A DNA stretch of 64,000 nt from Perkinsela sp. CCAP 1560/9. Taxonomy: Eukaryota; Protista; Euglenozoa: Kinetoplastea. The notes under the pieces were generated by a model, which saw only the letters and a program-made list of their open reading frames with translations, was not told the DNA's origin and searched no databases. Below, one piece after another: positions 43,596 to 55,912 of this stretch; positions within the stretch are counted from its first letter, which is position 1, and each line of letters starts with the position of its first letter. The stretch is taken from assembly GCA_965644495.1 (NCBI GenBank), contig CBFFSA010000007.1:558001-622000 (forward strand). Reading direction: 5' to 3'. The position numbers were made by a program, and so were the translations under genes.

Positions 43596-45251
43596 ATGGT
43601 TCAGCGCAGTCTTCGCACGCTTCAGGCCGTCTCAGCCCCTGCGTTTGCTTACACTCCAATCTTTCCATGTGTACCGGAAGCTCCGTACCGTCTTATTTCT
43701 CGCAATCATGTCAAAACCCACTCCATTCAGGGGCGTGAAATTCTGGAAATCGAGCCACAGGGTTTGAGTTTGCTCGCTGCAACGGCCTTTAGCGACATGG
43801 CTCACCTCTTGCGGCCGGGACACCTTCAACAATTACGTCGCATCTTGGATGATCCTGAAGCGAGTGACAACGATCACTTTGTGGCACTTCAAATGCTAAA
43901 GAATGCAAATATCGCCGCTGGTCGTATACTACCAGGATGTCAGGATACGGGAACCGCCATTGTGGCAGGCTACAAGGGACAGCACGTGTGGACGAATGAA
44001 AATGACGAAGAGAGCCTCTCCCTGGGCATTTTCAAGACGTACACGGAGACGAACTTGCGGTACTCTCAGTTGGCTCCCTTGACAATGTATCAAGAAAAAA
44101 ATACAGGAACCAACCTTCCCGCTCAGATTGATTTGTATGCAACGAAAGGAAATGAGTATCACTTCCTGTTTGTAGCAAAAGGGGGAGGAAGCGCGAACAA
44201 AAGCTTTCTGTTTCAGGAGACCAAAGCGTTGCTTAATCCCCAAAGTCTACATCGATTCCTCAAGGAGAAGCTCGCATGTTTCGGTACCGCGGCCTGTCCA
44301 CCCTACCATGTGGCCGTGGTAATCGGCGGCACCAGCGCAGAAATGACTTTAAAAACCGTCAAATACGCCAGCTGTCGGTACTACGACAACCTCCCCACCA
44401 AAGGCTCCCCCCTCGGCCACGCCTACCGCGACCTTGAAATGGAAAAAGAAGTTCTTGAAATATGCCAAAAAATTGGTCTCGGGGCCCAATTCGGGGGGAA
44501 ATACTATGCCCACGACGTCCGTGTACTCCGTCTCCCCCGTCACGGTGCCTCCTGTCCCATCGGCATCGGTGTCTCCTGTTCCGCGGACCGTCAAGTCCTT
44601 GGCAAAATCACCCCCGACGGGATCTTCCTCGAACAGCTCGAGACCAACCCGGCACAGTATCTCCCCGAGGTCACGGAATCCGACCTCCTGCGAACCCCCG
44701 CAATCGAGATTAACCTGAACCAACCCATGGACACGCTCCGGGATCAGCTCTCCACACTTCCCATCCAGACCCGACTACGGCTCACGGGGACGCTAATCGT
44801 TGCACGGGACACCGCGCACGCCAGGCTACGGGAAATCTTACTCTCCGGTCAGCCGCTGCCGGATTACTTCAAGGACCACGCGGTTTACTACGCCGGCCCG
44901 GCCAAGTGCCCCGCAGGGTACCCCAGCGGTTCGTTTGGCCCCACCACAGCCGGGCGAATGGACCAATTTGTGGATTTGTTTCAAAAAGCGGGGGGGTCGT
45001 TTGTGATGCTAGCAAAGGGCAACCGAAGCAAGGAGGTCACAAAGGCGTGTAAGGAGAATAAAGGGTTTTACCTCGGAAGTATTGGAGGCCCAGCGGCGGT
45101 GCTCGCGACGGAGTCCATTAAGAAGGTGGAGGTGGTGGATTTTCCCGAGCTCGGGATGGAGGCGGTGTGGAGGATTGAGGTGGTGGATTTTCCAGCGTTT
45201 CTGGTCGTGGATGATAAGGGGAATGATTTTTTTACGAAAATTATGGCATGA
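43596..45251 (+). CDS. Class I (Fe-S) fumarate hydratase
   Basis: [64 protein letters not shown]. Confidence 0.96.
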   Translation: MVQRSLRTLQAVSAPAFAYTPIFPCVPEAPYRLISRNHVKTHSIQGREILEIEPQGLSLLAATAFSDMAHLLRPGHLQQLRRILDDPEASDNDHFVALQMLKNANIAAGRILPGCQDTGTAIVAGYKGQHVWTNENDEESLSLGIFKTYTETNLRYSQLAPLTMYQEKNTGTNLPAQIDLYATKGNEYHFLFVAKGGGSANKSFLFQETKALLNPQSLHRFLKEKLACFGTAACPPYHVAVVIGGTSAEMTLKTVKYASCRYYDNLPTKGSPLGHAYRDLEMEKEVLEICQKIGLGAQFGGKYYAHDVRVLRLPRHGASCPIGIGVSCSADRQVLGKITPDGIFLEQLETNPAQYLPEVTESDLLRTPAIEINLNQPMDTLRDQLSTLPIQTRLRLTGTLIVARDTAHARLREILLSGQPLPDYFKDHAVYYAGPAKCPAGYPSGSFGPTTAGRMDQFVDLFQKAGGSFVMLAKGNRSKEVTKACKENKGFYLGSIGGPAAVLATESIKKVEVVDFPELGMEAVWRIEVVDFPAFLVVDDKGNDFFTKIMA

Positions 45252-45639
45252 GGAGGTGAGTTGTGTAAAAGACGTGAGTTGTGAAAGCTGGGGAAAGAAC
45301 ACTGGGCGCGAGGTAAATCTGTGCGATACTGTACATAGGGGGTACTTTATCTGGATGTCTTGTGGAATATTACAAAGCGAAGCACAAATCTTGGTATGTC
45401 GGGTTTACTGATTAGAGGTATTTGTGAGATATTCATGCATAACCCATCTTTATGAAGTATTCATAAATAACCCATTTTCTGTTCATAGACGCATGTTTGC
45501 AATAGAAATCACATCATTTTCGGAAATAGCTAGTATAGTTTGCAAAGTAGGTTCACATCACATCAACTTACCACGCTCTTCCCTTTCTTATCTTTCGCAA
45601 TCACACTTACAATTTCTTTTTCTTTTGCAACCTCTTTTT

Positions 45640-46502
45640 CTGCACTTAATACTTGACTTTCTTCTCATGTCCTCCCGCACCCATCTTTTGCCAATTTGTT
45701 CGTATGCTTCGGACGTTATCCCGTTGAAAAATCGGTAGATGCTTCTTCAGGTCAAGGCCTTGTAAAAGAAGCCTTGGGAAGAATTTCCCAGGTTCCCGCG
45801 AAGAATGCGAACATGTTGTTCTGCATTCATGTTCCCATAGACTAGAACCATCTTTTTCCACAGGTACCATCCAGCATCATAACATGGTGGAGCCCCCCGT
45901 ACTTTATAGTCCCAGGAGTCGTTCACCCACTTAATCCTTCTCTGGGGGACTTGTGCACCCAGTTGTTCCTAACATTCACAAAACCGAAAAGTTTCGTCTC
46001 GTCCGAACATAGCACCCAGGACCAATTTGCGAAGGTCCAATGAGGGAGTCAAATGGCAAACTTCAATCTAGGTTCCTTATCGTCGGGTCACCTTTGTCTT
46101 CGTGACACGCTTACGGGCTCGCAGTCCCTTTGAGCGCAGAGCAATGCGGACTGACTGGGGGATAAGTGAACTACGTTCTTCATGTGACCTCCTGCTTACA
46201 GCACCGACATTTTTTCTTCACCACATGTGATCAGACGTTTCATGCGTCGCGAGCATGTGTCTGTGATCTTGCAGGGGCGTCCGCTTTCTGAATTATCTCT
46301 TCATGAATGGTGCGTTTTTCTCGCTTTGGAAAAAAATTCTGGGATGAGCTTGTGCTCGCCCGCAACTTTAGGACATACTTTCCTGATTTAAAAAACCAAT
46401 TTTAAACGAAAACTACTCAAACGACAAATCCCTTCAATTAAAAAACGATAAATCTCCTTCTGTGCATAATTTTTCAATAAGTTAACTTTTCGAGCGCAAC
46501 AG
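45640..46502 (-). mobile_element. Degenerate Tc1-like transposon remnant
   Basis: Minus strand 46030-45991 reads ANWSWVLCSDETK (Tc1 first-Asp motif), with KYGG near 45900; many stops; end CTGTTGCGCTCGAAAAGTTAAC near 46502; boundaries approximate. Confidence 0.65.
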
Positions 46503-46543
46503 AGCTATTTTTCTACATCTTATTTGTTGCATTGATCGCGATA

Positions 46544-47392
46544 ATGTTGGTTACCAGCGCGTTGCATAATGTTTGCTTTGCCGATATGCCAACGGCAAAA
46601 CAAGCAAACCGTCCGAATAAAGTACGAGGAACTGACCTTCCGCAAGAATATGAACTGGCTCGATTCACTGAAGACATTGTAAATCCGCATCCTTCATGGA
46701 TCACATCAATCCCTGCGTGTGAATGGCATGCTGTGCTCTGTAATGAAAAGCGTGATGTGATCACTATAAATTGGGATAGCATGGGTCTAGCAGGATCACT
46801 GCGCTGGGACTCGATATGTCGCACATTGAGTGCATTGTCGGTGGATTATTACCCAAGCAGTGGTCAACATCCTAATCGACTTACAGGAAAGGTAACGTTT
46901 GATCATTTTCCATCCCAAGTTACCTTTCTAGGATTATCACACAATTTGTTTAGCGGTGAATTGCATTTAGAGTACTTGCCACAATTGCTACGTGATTTCT
47001 ATTCCACAGAAAACCAATTTGAAGGCAAGGTTGATTTATGTCACCTTCCCTCGAGTCTGGTAGAACTTTTCATTGATCGAAATAATCTCTCTGGAAACAT
47101 CGACCTTGGAAGCTTGCCGCGGATCATCGAATATCTTAACTTTTCCCACAACAAATTCACTGGGATCCTTGATCTGCGGCATTTGCCCTCAACAATTCAG
47201 TTTCTTAGTTGTAACGACAACTTTTTCGTTGGTACATTATTACTTGATTGTCTTCCTAATGCACTACAAGATCTAGATGTACATAACAACTCAGAACTCT
47301 GTGGTACTGTCAAAATGACAGTCTTTAACAGCTGCCCAAGCTTTACGCAGGTTCACGTGACAGGTACGAAGATCTGCCTAAGATATTTATGA
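46544..47392 (+). CDS. Leucine-rich repeat protein
   Basis: CEWHAVLC cap, N.F.G.(V/L)DL.HLP repeats. Confidence 0.88.
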   Translation: MLVTSALHNVCFADMPTAKQANRPNKVRGTDLPQEYELARFTEDIVNPHPSWITSIPACEWHAVLCNEKRDVITINWDSMGLAGSLRWDSICRTLSALSVDYYPSSGQHPNRLTGKVTFDHFPSQVTFLGLSHNLFSGELHLEYLPQLLRDFYSTENQFEGKVDLCHLPSSLVELFIDRNNLSGNIDLGSLPRIIEYLNFSHNKFTGILDLRHLPSTIQFLSCNDNFFVGTLLLDCLPNALQDLDVHNNSELCGTVKMTVFNSCPSFTQVHVTGTKICLRYL

Positions 47393-47943
47393 TATTACAC
47401 GCTTTCTATGGGTTGCTTCTTATTGTAAGGTCACCTCGTGGAATATGTCTAAACGAACGGCATTATTCGTTGTGTTTGGAGAAAGAATACGTTCTTAATC
47501 GAAAAGGCTTTTTCATCGATAAGATTAATTATTTATTGAAATCTCATATTCGGTTCATACGCGCATGTTTATAGTAGAAATCGCATCATGCTCTATAGTT
47601 CGAAAATTCACTTTCCTAAGTCCACAACCTCGGTCTCCCCACTCCCCATTTTATTCTTACCTTTCCTTTTGTCGAAATCAGCTGTCTAAATCAGGTAAAT
47701 TGTCGATTTAGTACGTAGAGCTGGTCATAAATCGAGAGAATAACTCTATGAGACGAATTGTAGACTATAATTTCTATGTTTAGCATACAAATTATTGGGA
47801 ATTTTAACAGGGGTCCGAATAACTATTAAACTTTATTATAGGTACTTTAAAGTAACTATATTTATTTTCCCTACCTTTATCTACCTTTATTTTTTTTGTC
47901 AATGATTTACGCTGTAATCGTACTATTTTTGTGAAAATTTTCA

Positions 47944-48338
47944 ATGCCTAGACGCTCGGATAGCAACCCAGAAAGTCGCGCTGAATTTGTTGAGTCTCAC
48001 TATAAGGAGGTGGAGGCCGGAAAGCGGGTATATGAATGTCAACTCTGCAATGCACCGGACAAGCGGAATTTTTTTTGCGAAAAAGGTATTCGCACGTCAT
48101 ACCCTTCTGCCCTGAGCCATATAGAAAAGATTCATGAAAAAACTTTCGAAGCATGGCTGCAGGAGAAGCGAGCCAGAAAGCGCGAGACGGAAAATACTGT
48201 TGACAGCCTGATGTCAAGTCCAATAAAGCTTTCGAAGGTGTTCGAAAAGATGATCAAATGGAAGTGTGATCATGGAGTGTCAAACGCGGCCATTCAGGAT
48301 CCACTTTTCAAATGGTTGAAAGGCGCCGATTTTTTTTG
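47944..48338 (+). mobile_element. Truncated BED-finger (hAT-like) transposase N-terminus
   Basis: CQLC...SHIEKIH BED-type finger and IQDPLFK; coding character ends at the Tc1 end at 48341. Confidence 0.6.
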
Positions 48339-48340
48339 TA

Positions 48341-49740
48341 CAACCCCGTTCACGAAAAAATATTATTTTTTCTACCTATATATAAACTATATAAAGTTAT
48401 TCGGACCCCTGAATTTTAAAGTTATCAGTACGGAATCTTTTTCCCATTCATGGTATGCACTTTTCATTCATGGTATGCCCTTTTCCAAACGCTTCTTAAA
48501 AGATGCGTGCAAACGTCTCGCTAGATCCTTGGCCTCTGCTGAGAGAAGGTCATTTTCTACTACACGCTTAATTTCATCAGCCGTTCGTGGGCAGCTTTTG
48601 TTTTTCACTTCCCTGGCACTACTCCATAAGTCCTCAATTGGATTCAAGTATGGTGAATCTGCAGGCCATTTCAGCAATGTTTCGCCGTTTGTTAATTTCA
48701 TGTTTCGAAGGTCGGGGCAAACCTCATGAATACTAGTGTGATGTTCCCACCATTGTTGCATCTTTATGCTCGTATGGCCAGGCGCTCCATCATCCATATA
48801 CAGTGGTCGTCACTATTCTCAGAATCCGGAATTGAACATTGACAGGATTTTTTCATTCTCATTCTCATTTTCGCAACCATTCTCATTTTCGCGTTGATTT
48901 TGCCGTTGAACGTTGACAAGAAATAGAAAATAAGTACAAAAAATCGGAATAAAGTCATACTGGGAGAGCGGTGGCTATTATAAAAATTTGAAAAACTGGG
49001 TAGGAAACAAGAAGTATGGGTCCGCACGCAACCCCGACGAAGGAACTCAATTTCCGACAATGTCGAATTCCTTGCTGGATTCAAAAGACGTTGAAGACTT
49101 CATTTGAGTGAGTGACTCAGAATCTGAAGTTGCGGAGGGAGAAGCCGAAGTAGCAGGCATTTTAAACTTACAAATTAAAGTTCTGATTCTAATTTTCGGA
49201 AAGAAAGTACAAGTACAGTACCGTCCTGTCCATAAATACTACGGTGAAAGATCATTATTATTTTGTTTGAAGGAACTCTTCATTATTGATTGCTTTTTCC
49301 CATTATGACCCTGTCGTAGTCGACAACGGCCTCAAAAAAATGCTAAATTCTTTTAAAAACAAATTCTTTTAAAAACAAATTCTTTTAAAAACTATAATGC
49401 CTAGACGCTGAGATTTCGATCCAGAGACCTCAAAACAAGTACGTCTCCCCTCCGGCAAGGTCATCACCCCCACCACTGCCGTAGCTGAATTTTTGTGCGG
49501 ATCCCTCTTTTTAGAGGCCTAGATTGGCACAACAGGGTCCCTCTTGATCCATTCTCATTCTCATTTTCAAGGCCCTTTTTGAGTTGAACTTTGACACGAT
49601 AATTTGTCATTTTTCAGAGGGCCATTCTCATTTTCGTGACTCTCAGATTGGTGACGACCACTGTACACGTATGTGGCGCTCTTGTGATTCAAACGGTGAG
49701 GCACTTGGGGTCCACTATTTCTTTACGGTAAAGATAAAGC
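48341..49740 (-). mobile_element. Tc1/IS630 (DDE_3) transposase remnant, itself interrupted
   Basis: MDDGAPGH and WPADSPYLNPIEDLWS; TA-CAACCCC end at 48341; removing 48801-49663 joins ATYVY-MDDGAPGH. Confidence 0.8.
48801..49663. mobile_element. Non-autonomous TIR element, TA duplication
   Basis: TA-CAGTGGTCGTCAC ... GTGACGACCACTG-TA; internal CATTCTCATTTTC repeats. Confidence 0.85.
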
Positions 49741-50851
49741 TCTCCTCATGCAGCTGAAAGGTTTGGATCAATGAGGCTTAATTTACTACATTTGAATTGA
49801 TCATTAAGTCATTGGAACTTATTTTTGGCCCATTCGATTTCTATTTTCTTTCTCTTAGTCTTGTGTTCCGAATCCTCCGAAGTGATGTGGTGTGCATTCA
49901 TAGTGGCGCGTGGCTGCACCGTGTGTTAGGGAGGATGGGTTTTATCGATATTGCAGTGACATAAAGGGAAAAAAAGAGAATAACTAAGGAATGCAATTAG
50001 GTGAACCTTAAACTCGGACGTGATAATTTGGGCATATAATTTGGGAATATAAAAATTTATATTATAAATACACGGACACTGTTTTCCTTCCTACAACTGG
50101 TAAAAGTGTACGTGTGGCTTAGACGAGGAATTTTGATATTCTATGATTTCTTCTTTGAAGGGATGACCTCATTGCCCCCTCCACGGAATATCCAGAATAA
50201 TAATCCAGAATAATAAGAACATAATAAATGAACGCGAAAAAAGTATTTCTATAGTTCAACACTGAGAAAAAAAACCAGTCAAAAATATCTCAGATACGAG
50301 GAAGAAATACAAAACGGAGCTCTGGACATGCGAATAATAAAACACATACATTACTTTGATAGAATTTTAATAGAACTGTATAATCTTTATCAAAACACAG
50401 TAATATACCGGTCTAAACTTAATTGCGCCCAAAATTAACTTAACCCAAAGGCAGATTTTGGGCTCAATTAAGTTTGGGCGTAATAAACGTTATGTTCGAC
50501 AAATTGTTTTCTAAATCCTTTGAAAAAGAATTTTCCAATTTTTATGGATAACTTTACGAATTCCGAAGGTAGTGCTTGAGGTTTCAAGACGAAACACTAT
50601 CTGAAAGTGAAGAAGAGATTGATGTCCAGACGCTACTTACCGTCACCCCCCCCCTCACTTGTCCTCCTAGGTGACATATCCTCTTTTTACAATCGATGAA
50701 AGGATATGTCACTTAGTACCAAGACATAAAGTTCTTAAATAATGTTTTTGTGCTGAATGTATTTTGTTCTCAATAGTATTGACAACACACGTTTAAGTCA
50801 GTAAATAGCCAAAATATTCACGTTTCTTAAATTTTCAGCCTTCTAATCAAC

Positions 50852-52195
50852 ATGTTACTTATCAAGAAACCGAATCACAAACCTTTTAATGCAAATCAAG
50901 TACTGGTTTCGCTTCGCTCGCATGGGGAAGGTATTGCTGTAATGCCTCACATGGAAGACGTCCCCACGAGTGTAATAAATGAAACCCAGGTTGTGGTGGC
51001 TAGCACTGAAACATCGCGAAAATCAAGAGTCGAATTAACCATTCAACAGAAATTGAATGTGTGTGCCGCCATTGACAATGGTAAGATGCAACACCTCATT
51101 GCGAAGGAATACAAACTGGATGTCGGTACCGTACGAAAGCTGTTCAAAAAGAAGCAATTATGGAAGCAACTCGTCCGGTTGGGGTACGGACGAAATTACC
51201 AATATCATCCACCAACGAAGAATCGAGAATTATACGAGCAAAGAGCAGAAACTGTACAAATACTGAGAGAGGTCGTAGTGGGTGTGACGAAAATCATGAT
51301 GTTCAATTTTTTCAATGAAATCTCACAGCATTTTCGTGAATTGACAGATAAAGGCCAAGAATACTTCTGGCTGCAATTTTTCAAATGGGCGAACATTTCT
51401 TTGCGACGGGTTAACGGATGCACACAAGTGCTTGCCGCGGACGCCGATCTCCGTGTGAGTGAGTGGAAGGACATGTTGTCCCTGATGAATCTCGATCACG
51501 GAGGGTACAGTGTTGTAATCACCGGAGATGAAACGCCAGTTGTATGGGAACCTGTTTCCACGGCAGCTTACGAATTTCGGGGCGCAAAGCGCGTAAAAAT
51601 ACGCACCACAGGAAAAGAGCGAAGTATAACTACTGGTTGGTTGAGTTCCCGCTCTGTTCGAGGATCAGGGAACGTGTGGTCACACACCGTGAATCCGATA
51701 CATTTAATTTGGAGCGCACATTCCCAAAAAAGAGCCATTTCTCAACAAACCGAGAGTGCGAGCAGGAAATACGGTTGTACAAGTACCACAACAAAATCTG
51801 GTTGGATGAATGGTGAAGCCTTCCTGTTGTGGGCAAAGCACGAGCTTTGCGACAAAAATAAGTACCCGCCACGCAAGACACTTCTTGTGGTAGACTTATT
51901 CGCCGCGCACACAACTCCAGAATTACTTGAAGAACTTAAAAGCACGCAAATTGACATTCTTTTTATACCTGGGGGTTGCAGTCCGCTAATACAATTGATG
52001 AATACGAGTGTAAACAAAGAGTTTAAAAGGAACTATACGAAGAAGTTTGCTTACTGACGGGGAGCTCGGTCCTTTAAAGCTCTTGAGGCACCGACACGAG
52101 TCAAAATTACGCGTTTTGCTGTTGAAAGCTTGAGTGAGGTCAATATGAATGCCTTAAAATGTGAATTCCTTCAAAAAATCGAGCGCAGGGAAGTG
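50852..52195 (+). mobile_element. pogo-like DDE_1 transposase, probably inactive
   Basis: LTIQQKL HTH start, GDETPV, GWMNGEAF, LLVVDLFAAH, IPGGCSPLIQLMN (third Asp replaced by Asn); TGA at 52055-52057 with the frame continuing (APTR). Confidence 0.85.
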
Positions 52196-52439
52196 GTAGA
52201 GTATGCCGCGGCGATAATTTTCCACCCCCCCCCCTGGGGGTACCCCCCTGGTACGCGCAGGAGGGGTCCGACAAGGTCAAAATTTCCGAAATTTTTGGGG
52301 CAACCAAAAGAATTTTTTTTTGACCCAAAAAATCCAATCTTTCTTCAATCCAATCTTTCTTCAATTCAATCCTTCTTTAATCCAATTCTTCTTCAATCCA
52401 ATCCTTTTTCACTTCAACCCTTTTCAATCCAATTCTTCT

Positions 52440-52656
52440 TCAATCCAACCCTTTTTCAGTCCAACCCTTTTCAATCCAACCCTTTTCAATCCAACCCTTT
52501 TCAATCCAACCCTTTTCAATCCAACCCTTTTCAATCCAACCCTTTTCAATCCAACCCTTTTCAATCCAACCCTTTTCAATCCAGCCCTTTTCAATCCAGG
52601 CCTTTTCAATCCAACCCTTTTCAATCCAGCCCTTTTCAATCCATCCCTTTTCAATC
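52440..52656 (+). repeat. 15-bp minisatellite (TCAATCCAACCCTTT), about 14 units, degenerate flanks 52330-52710
   Basis: Directly visible tandem array just upstream of CCT4. Confidence 0.95.
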
Positions 52657-52746
52657 GAATCTTTCTTCAATACAATCTTTCTTCAATTCAACCCTTTCCA
52701 ATCCCTTTCTTCTACTCCTCTACCTCTCCCCCCTTTCCTCTCCCCC

Positions 52747-54375
52747 ATGTCTACCCCCACCCCCACCAACGAAACCAAACACGAAAAAGAAAAACAATCC
52801 GACGTGCGTCTCCACAACATCGCCGCGGCCAAGGCCCTCGCGGACTGTGTCCGCACCTCCCTCGGCCCCCGCGGGATGGACAAAATGGTCCTCGAGGGCA
52901 AGGGCGGGGTGGTGGTCAGCAACGACGGCGCGACGCTTCTGAAGAAACTCGATCTCGCCCACCCGTGTGCGAAAATGCTCGTCGAGCTCAGCCAGGCCCA
53001 GGACGTGGAGGCCGGGGACGGCACCACCTCGGTGGTGGTGCTCTGCGGGTCACTGCTGCGCGCGTGTGAGGACTTGCTGCGGAAGGGGATTCACCCGACC
53101 ACGATTACGGAGGCGTTCCAGGAATGTGCCGGGGAGGCCGCGCAGCGGTTGCGTGAGAAATGTGCGATTGCGGTGGATATGGAGGGGGAGGGCGGGGTGG
53201 AGGGGGGCGCGCTGACGGATGCCGCGGTCACGAGTTTGAGTTCGAAGGTGGTCGCGCATAGTAGTGCGAGGTTGGCTCCTATGGCGGTGCAGGCCGCGCT
53301 GGCGGTGCGGAAACCGACGGGGGAGGTGGATTTGCGGGATATTCGAACCGTCGCGGCGCTTGGAGGGGTTGTGGAGGACTCGGAACTGCTCTCGGATGGG
53401 ATGATTTTTAAGCAAAAAGCCTCGACGAGTGCGGGTGGGCCGACGAGGGTGACAGAGGCCCGAATTGCGTTGCTGCAGTGTCATTTGAGTCCGCCAAAAA
53501 CGGATATGGAGAGTACGGTGTCGGTGTCGGACTACACCCAAATTGATCGTGCAATGAGGGAGGAGCGAAAGTACCTGGTGGAGATGTGTCGCAAAATCCA
53601 AACTTCCGGATGTAACGTCGTGTTGATCCAAAAATCTATTCTCCGCGACGCCGTTACCCCGCTCTCCCTGGATATTCTCGCCAAGATGAAGATCATGGTC
53701 ATCAAAGACATTGAGCGCTCCGACGTGCCGTTTATTTGTAAATGTCTCGGTGTTCTGCCCACGAGTCACATCGACCACCTGAACCCGAAACATTTTGGTC
53801 ACGCCGCTCTCGTTGCGCAGGAAACCTTTCCCGGGGGACGAGTGGTACGGGTATCGGGGGTAACATCACGAGCTGAGTCCAGCTCCTCTTCTTTCCCTTC
53901 TCCTCGAACGGCCTGTGTGTACCTTCGTGGGGGAAACCAAGTTATGGTAGAGGAAGTCGAGCGCAGTTTTCACGACGCGCTGTGTGTGGTACGTTCGATT
54001 GCAAAGAAGAACGCCCTGGTCGTGGGCGGTGCGGCTGCGGAGACGGAGGTCGCCTTGGGTCTGAGTGAGCGTGCCCAGCGGGTCGGTGGCATCACGGGGT
54101 ACTGCATGAGGGCATACGCTGAGGCGTTTGAGATTATTCCCTACACGTTGGCGGAGAATGCGGGACTGAACCCGATTGAAATTGTTACCGCACTTCGGCG
54201 CGCGCATAAAGAGGGAAAGGTGCACTACGGGATCAATGTCCGAAAAGGCGCAATTACGGATATGAAGGAGGAGAAAGTGGTGCAGCCCTTATTGGTTACA
54301 CTCTCAGCGATTCGTCTTGCTACGGAGTGTGTTTGCATGATTTTGAAAATTGATGACGTTCTCCTGACTCGATAA
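52747..54375 (+). CDS. CCT4: Chaperonin CCT/TRiC delta subunit
   Basis: VRTSLGPRGMDKM, LS.AQDVEAGDGTTSVVV, LSPPKTDME, SDYTQIDR, IQKSILRDA, ILKIDD. Confidence 0.96.
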   Translation: MSTPTPTNETKHEKEKQSDVRLHNIAAAKALADCVRTSLGPRGMDKMVLEGKGGVVVSNDGATLLKKLDLAHPCAKMLVELSQAQDVEAGDGTTSVVVLCGSLLRACEDLLRKGIHPTTITEAFQECAGEAAQRLREKCAIAVDMEGEGGVEGGALTDAAVTSLSSKVVAHSSARLAPMAVQAALAVRKPTGEVDLRDIRTVAALGGVVEDSELLSDGMIFKQKASTSAGGPTRVTEARIALLQCHLSPPKTDMESTVSVSDYTQIDRAMREERKYLVEMCRKIQTSGCNVVLIQKSILRDAVTPLSLDILAKMKIMVIKDIERSDVPFICKCLGVLPTSHIDHLNPKHFGHAALVAQETFPGGRVVRVSGVTSRAESSSSSFPSPRTACVYLRGGNQVMVEEVERSFHDALCVVRSIAKKNALVVGGAAAETEVALGLSERAQRVGGITGYCMRAYAEAFEIIPYTLAENAGLNPIEIVTALRRAHKEGKVHYGINVRKGAITDMKEEKVVQPLLVTLSAIRLATECVCMILKIDDVLLTR

Positions 54376-54714
54376 CTCTTCCGTTGATAGCGCTCTTCTG
54401 ACTCGGTGAAGAAAAGTTGATAAATTAATGTGGGGGTTTCTTTGAGGAAACTTAACTGTAGGAAAAATACTACGGTCAAGATATTTGAATTTAAGGTCAT
54501 TGTTTTTACACTTTTTCTGTGCTTCGTTATATTTGCAATATACGTTATATTTAATAACATATCTGGTATTTTTTGACAACTGTCCACATCACAATCCATC
54601 GAAGGAATTTCATCATGAATGTTGATGGCAATATAATCCTGTTATCGATTAAAATTTAATATCTTTCCAAGCATTTCTTCCCCTCTTTCCCTCTCTCTCC
54701 CCATTCTCCTTGGC

Positions 54715-55470
54715 ATGACACGTACCTCCCTCCGACACAGTACCCCCTCCACCTGGAGACGGGACTCCGTTCCCGCCCTCCCCGATTCCACTGTATCCCC
54801 CCTCCCCATCATTGCCCCCTCTCTGTTGGCCAGTGATTTCGGTTCCCTCGCACTCGAGGCCGGCCGTATCCTGGATTCCGGAGCAGACTGGCTGCACATT
54901 GACGTCATGGATGGGCATTTTACCCAAAACCTTGCCTTTGGTCTCCCCGTGATCCAATCTTTGCGAACGCACACCGATGCCTTCTTTGACTGCCATCTCA
55001 TGGTGGAGTACCCTGAGCGGTGGGTGGAGAAATTCGCATCGGCCGGGGCCTCGCAGTTTACGTTTCACATGGAGGCTGCGAGTGAGGTGACCCCGGCAGC
55101 GCTGATTGCACAAATTGAGAAAGCCAAGATGCTCCCGTCGGTCGCGATTAAGCCGTTTACCTCGATGGAGAGGTTGGAGGGTGTGTTGGATAAGGTGCAT
55201 ATGGTCCTGGTGATGACCGTGGAGCCGGGATGGGGAGGACAGGCATTTATTCCCGAGGCATTGAAGACGGTGGCTGCAATTCGGAAACGATACCCTGGGC
55301 TAAATATTCAAGTCGATGGGGGGATCAATTTGGACACGTTGGTGGCTGCGGCGCAGGCCGGGGCGAATGTGATTGTTGCCGGCACGGCGTTGTTTAAGCT
55401 TCCCTCCCATGCAGCCAAGGTAGAAACGATTCGAAAGATGAAAGAAATTGTGTCGCAGAACATGAAATGA
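54715..55470 (+). CDS. RPE: Ribulose-phosphate 3-epimerase
   Basis: IAPSLLASDF, HIDVMDGHF, DCHLMV, LVMTVEPGWGGQ, IQVDGG. Confidence 0.96.
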   Translation: MTRTSLRHSTPSTWRRDSVPALPDSTVSPLPIIAPSLLASDFGSLALEAGRILDSGADWLHIDVMDGHFTQNLAFGLPVIQSLRTHTDAFFDCHLMVEYPERWVEKFASAGASQFTFHMEAASEVTPAALIAQIEKAKMLPSVAIKPFTSMERLEGVLDKVHMVLVMTVEPGWGGQAFIPEALKTVAAIRKRYPGLNIQVDGGINLDTLVAAAQAGANVIVAGTALFKLPSHAAKVETIRKMKEIVSQNMK

Positions 55471-55912
55471 GGGTTGCTAGCACGTGCGGGATGACCTGTA
55501 CAACAGATCTGAAAATCTACAAAATAATAACAATGCACAAATTTCTTTCCTAGTGAGACTTTGGGCGTTAACTTTTGGTGAAAAAGTTATAAATGGGCAA
55601 TGACATTCCACATGGGATACACTTTCGAAGATGCGGCGGGCCTGCGATGAAGGCGGTGCGATCTTCTTACACTCTAGCGAACTTCTCTGTCATGTTGTGT
55701 AAATTTACTTCAGAACATAGGCAACGTGGGAGAGAGATTCTCCGCTCGTCCTACTTTAGTCCTACTTTACTGACATGTTCCTCTTAGAGATGTGTACTCT
55801 AACCTAGTAAATAACCTATCAAATATGAGCATGTGGCTATGCATAATAATTGTGCAGAATCACTTTCAGTACACTCCGTGTTTTATTCTGAATTTTTCTC
55901 CGTTTTACAAAC

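Noticed and set aside
43377-46502. Composite transposon capturing fumarase (inverted CTCGAAAAGTTAA at 43387 and about 46494)
   Set aside because: The left motif has its own nearby inverted partner (about 43413-43437), consistent with a tiny separate remnant of the same family.
52130-53069. ORFs with FQSNP / FNPTL / IEKGW / LKRVG repeats
   Set aside because: Translations of the stop-free 15-bp minisatellite fused to TE or CCT4 sequence.
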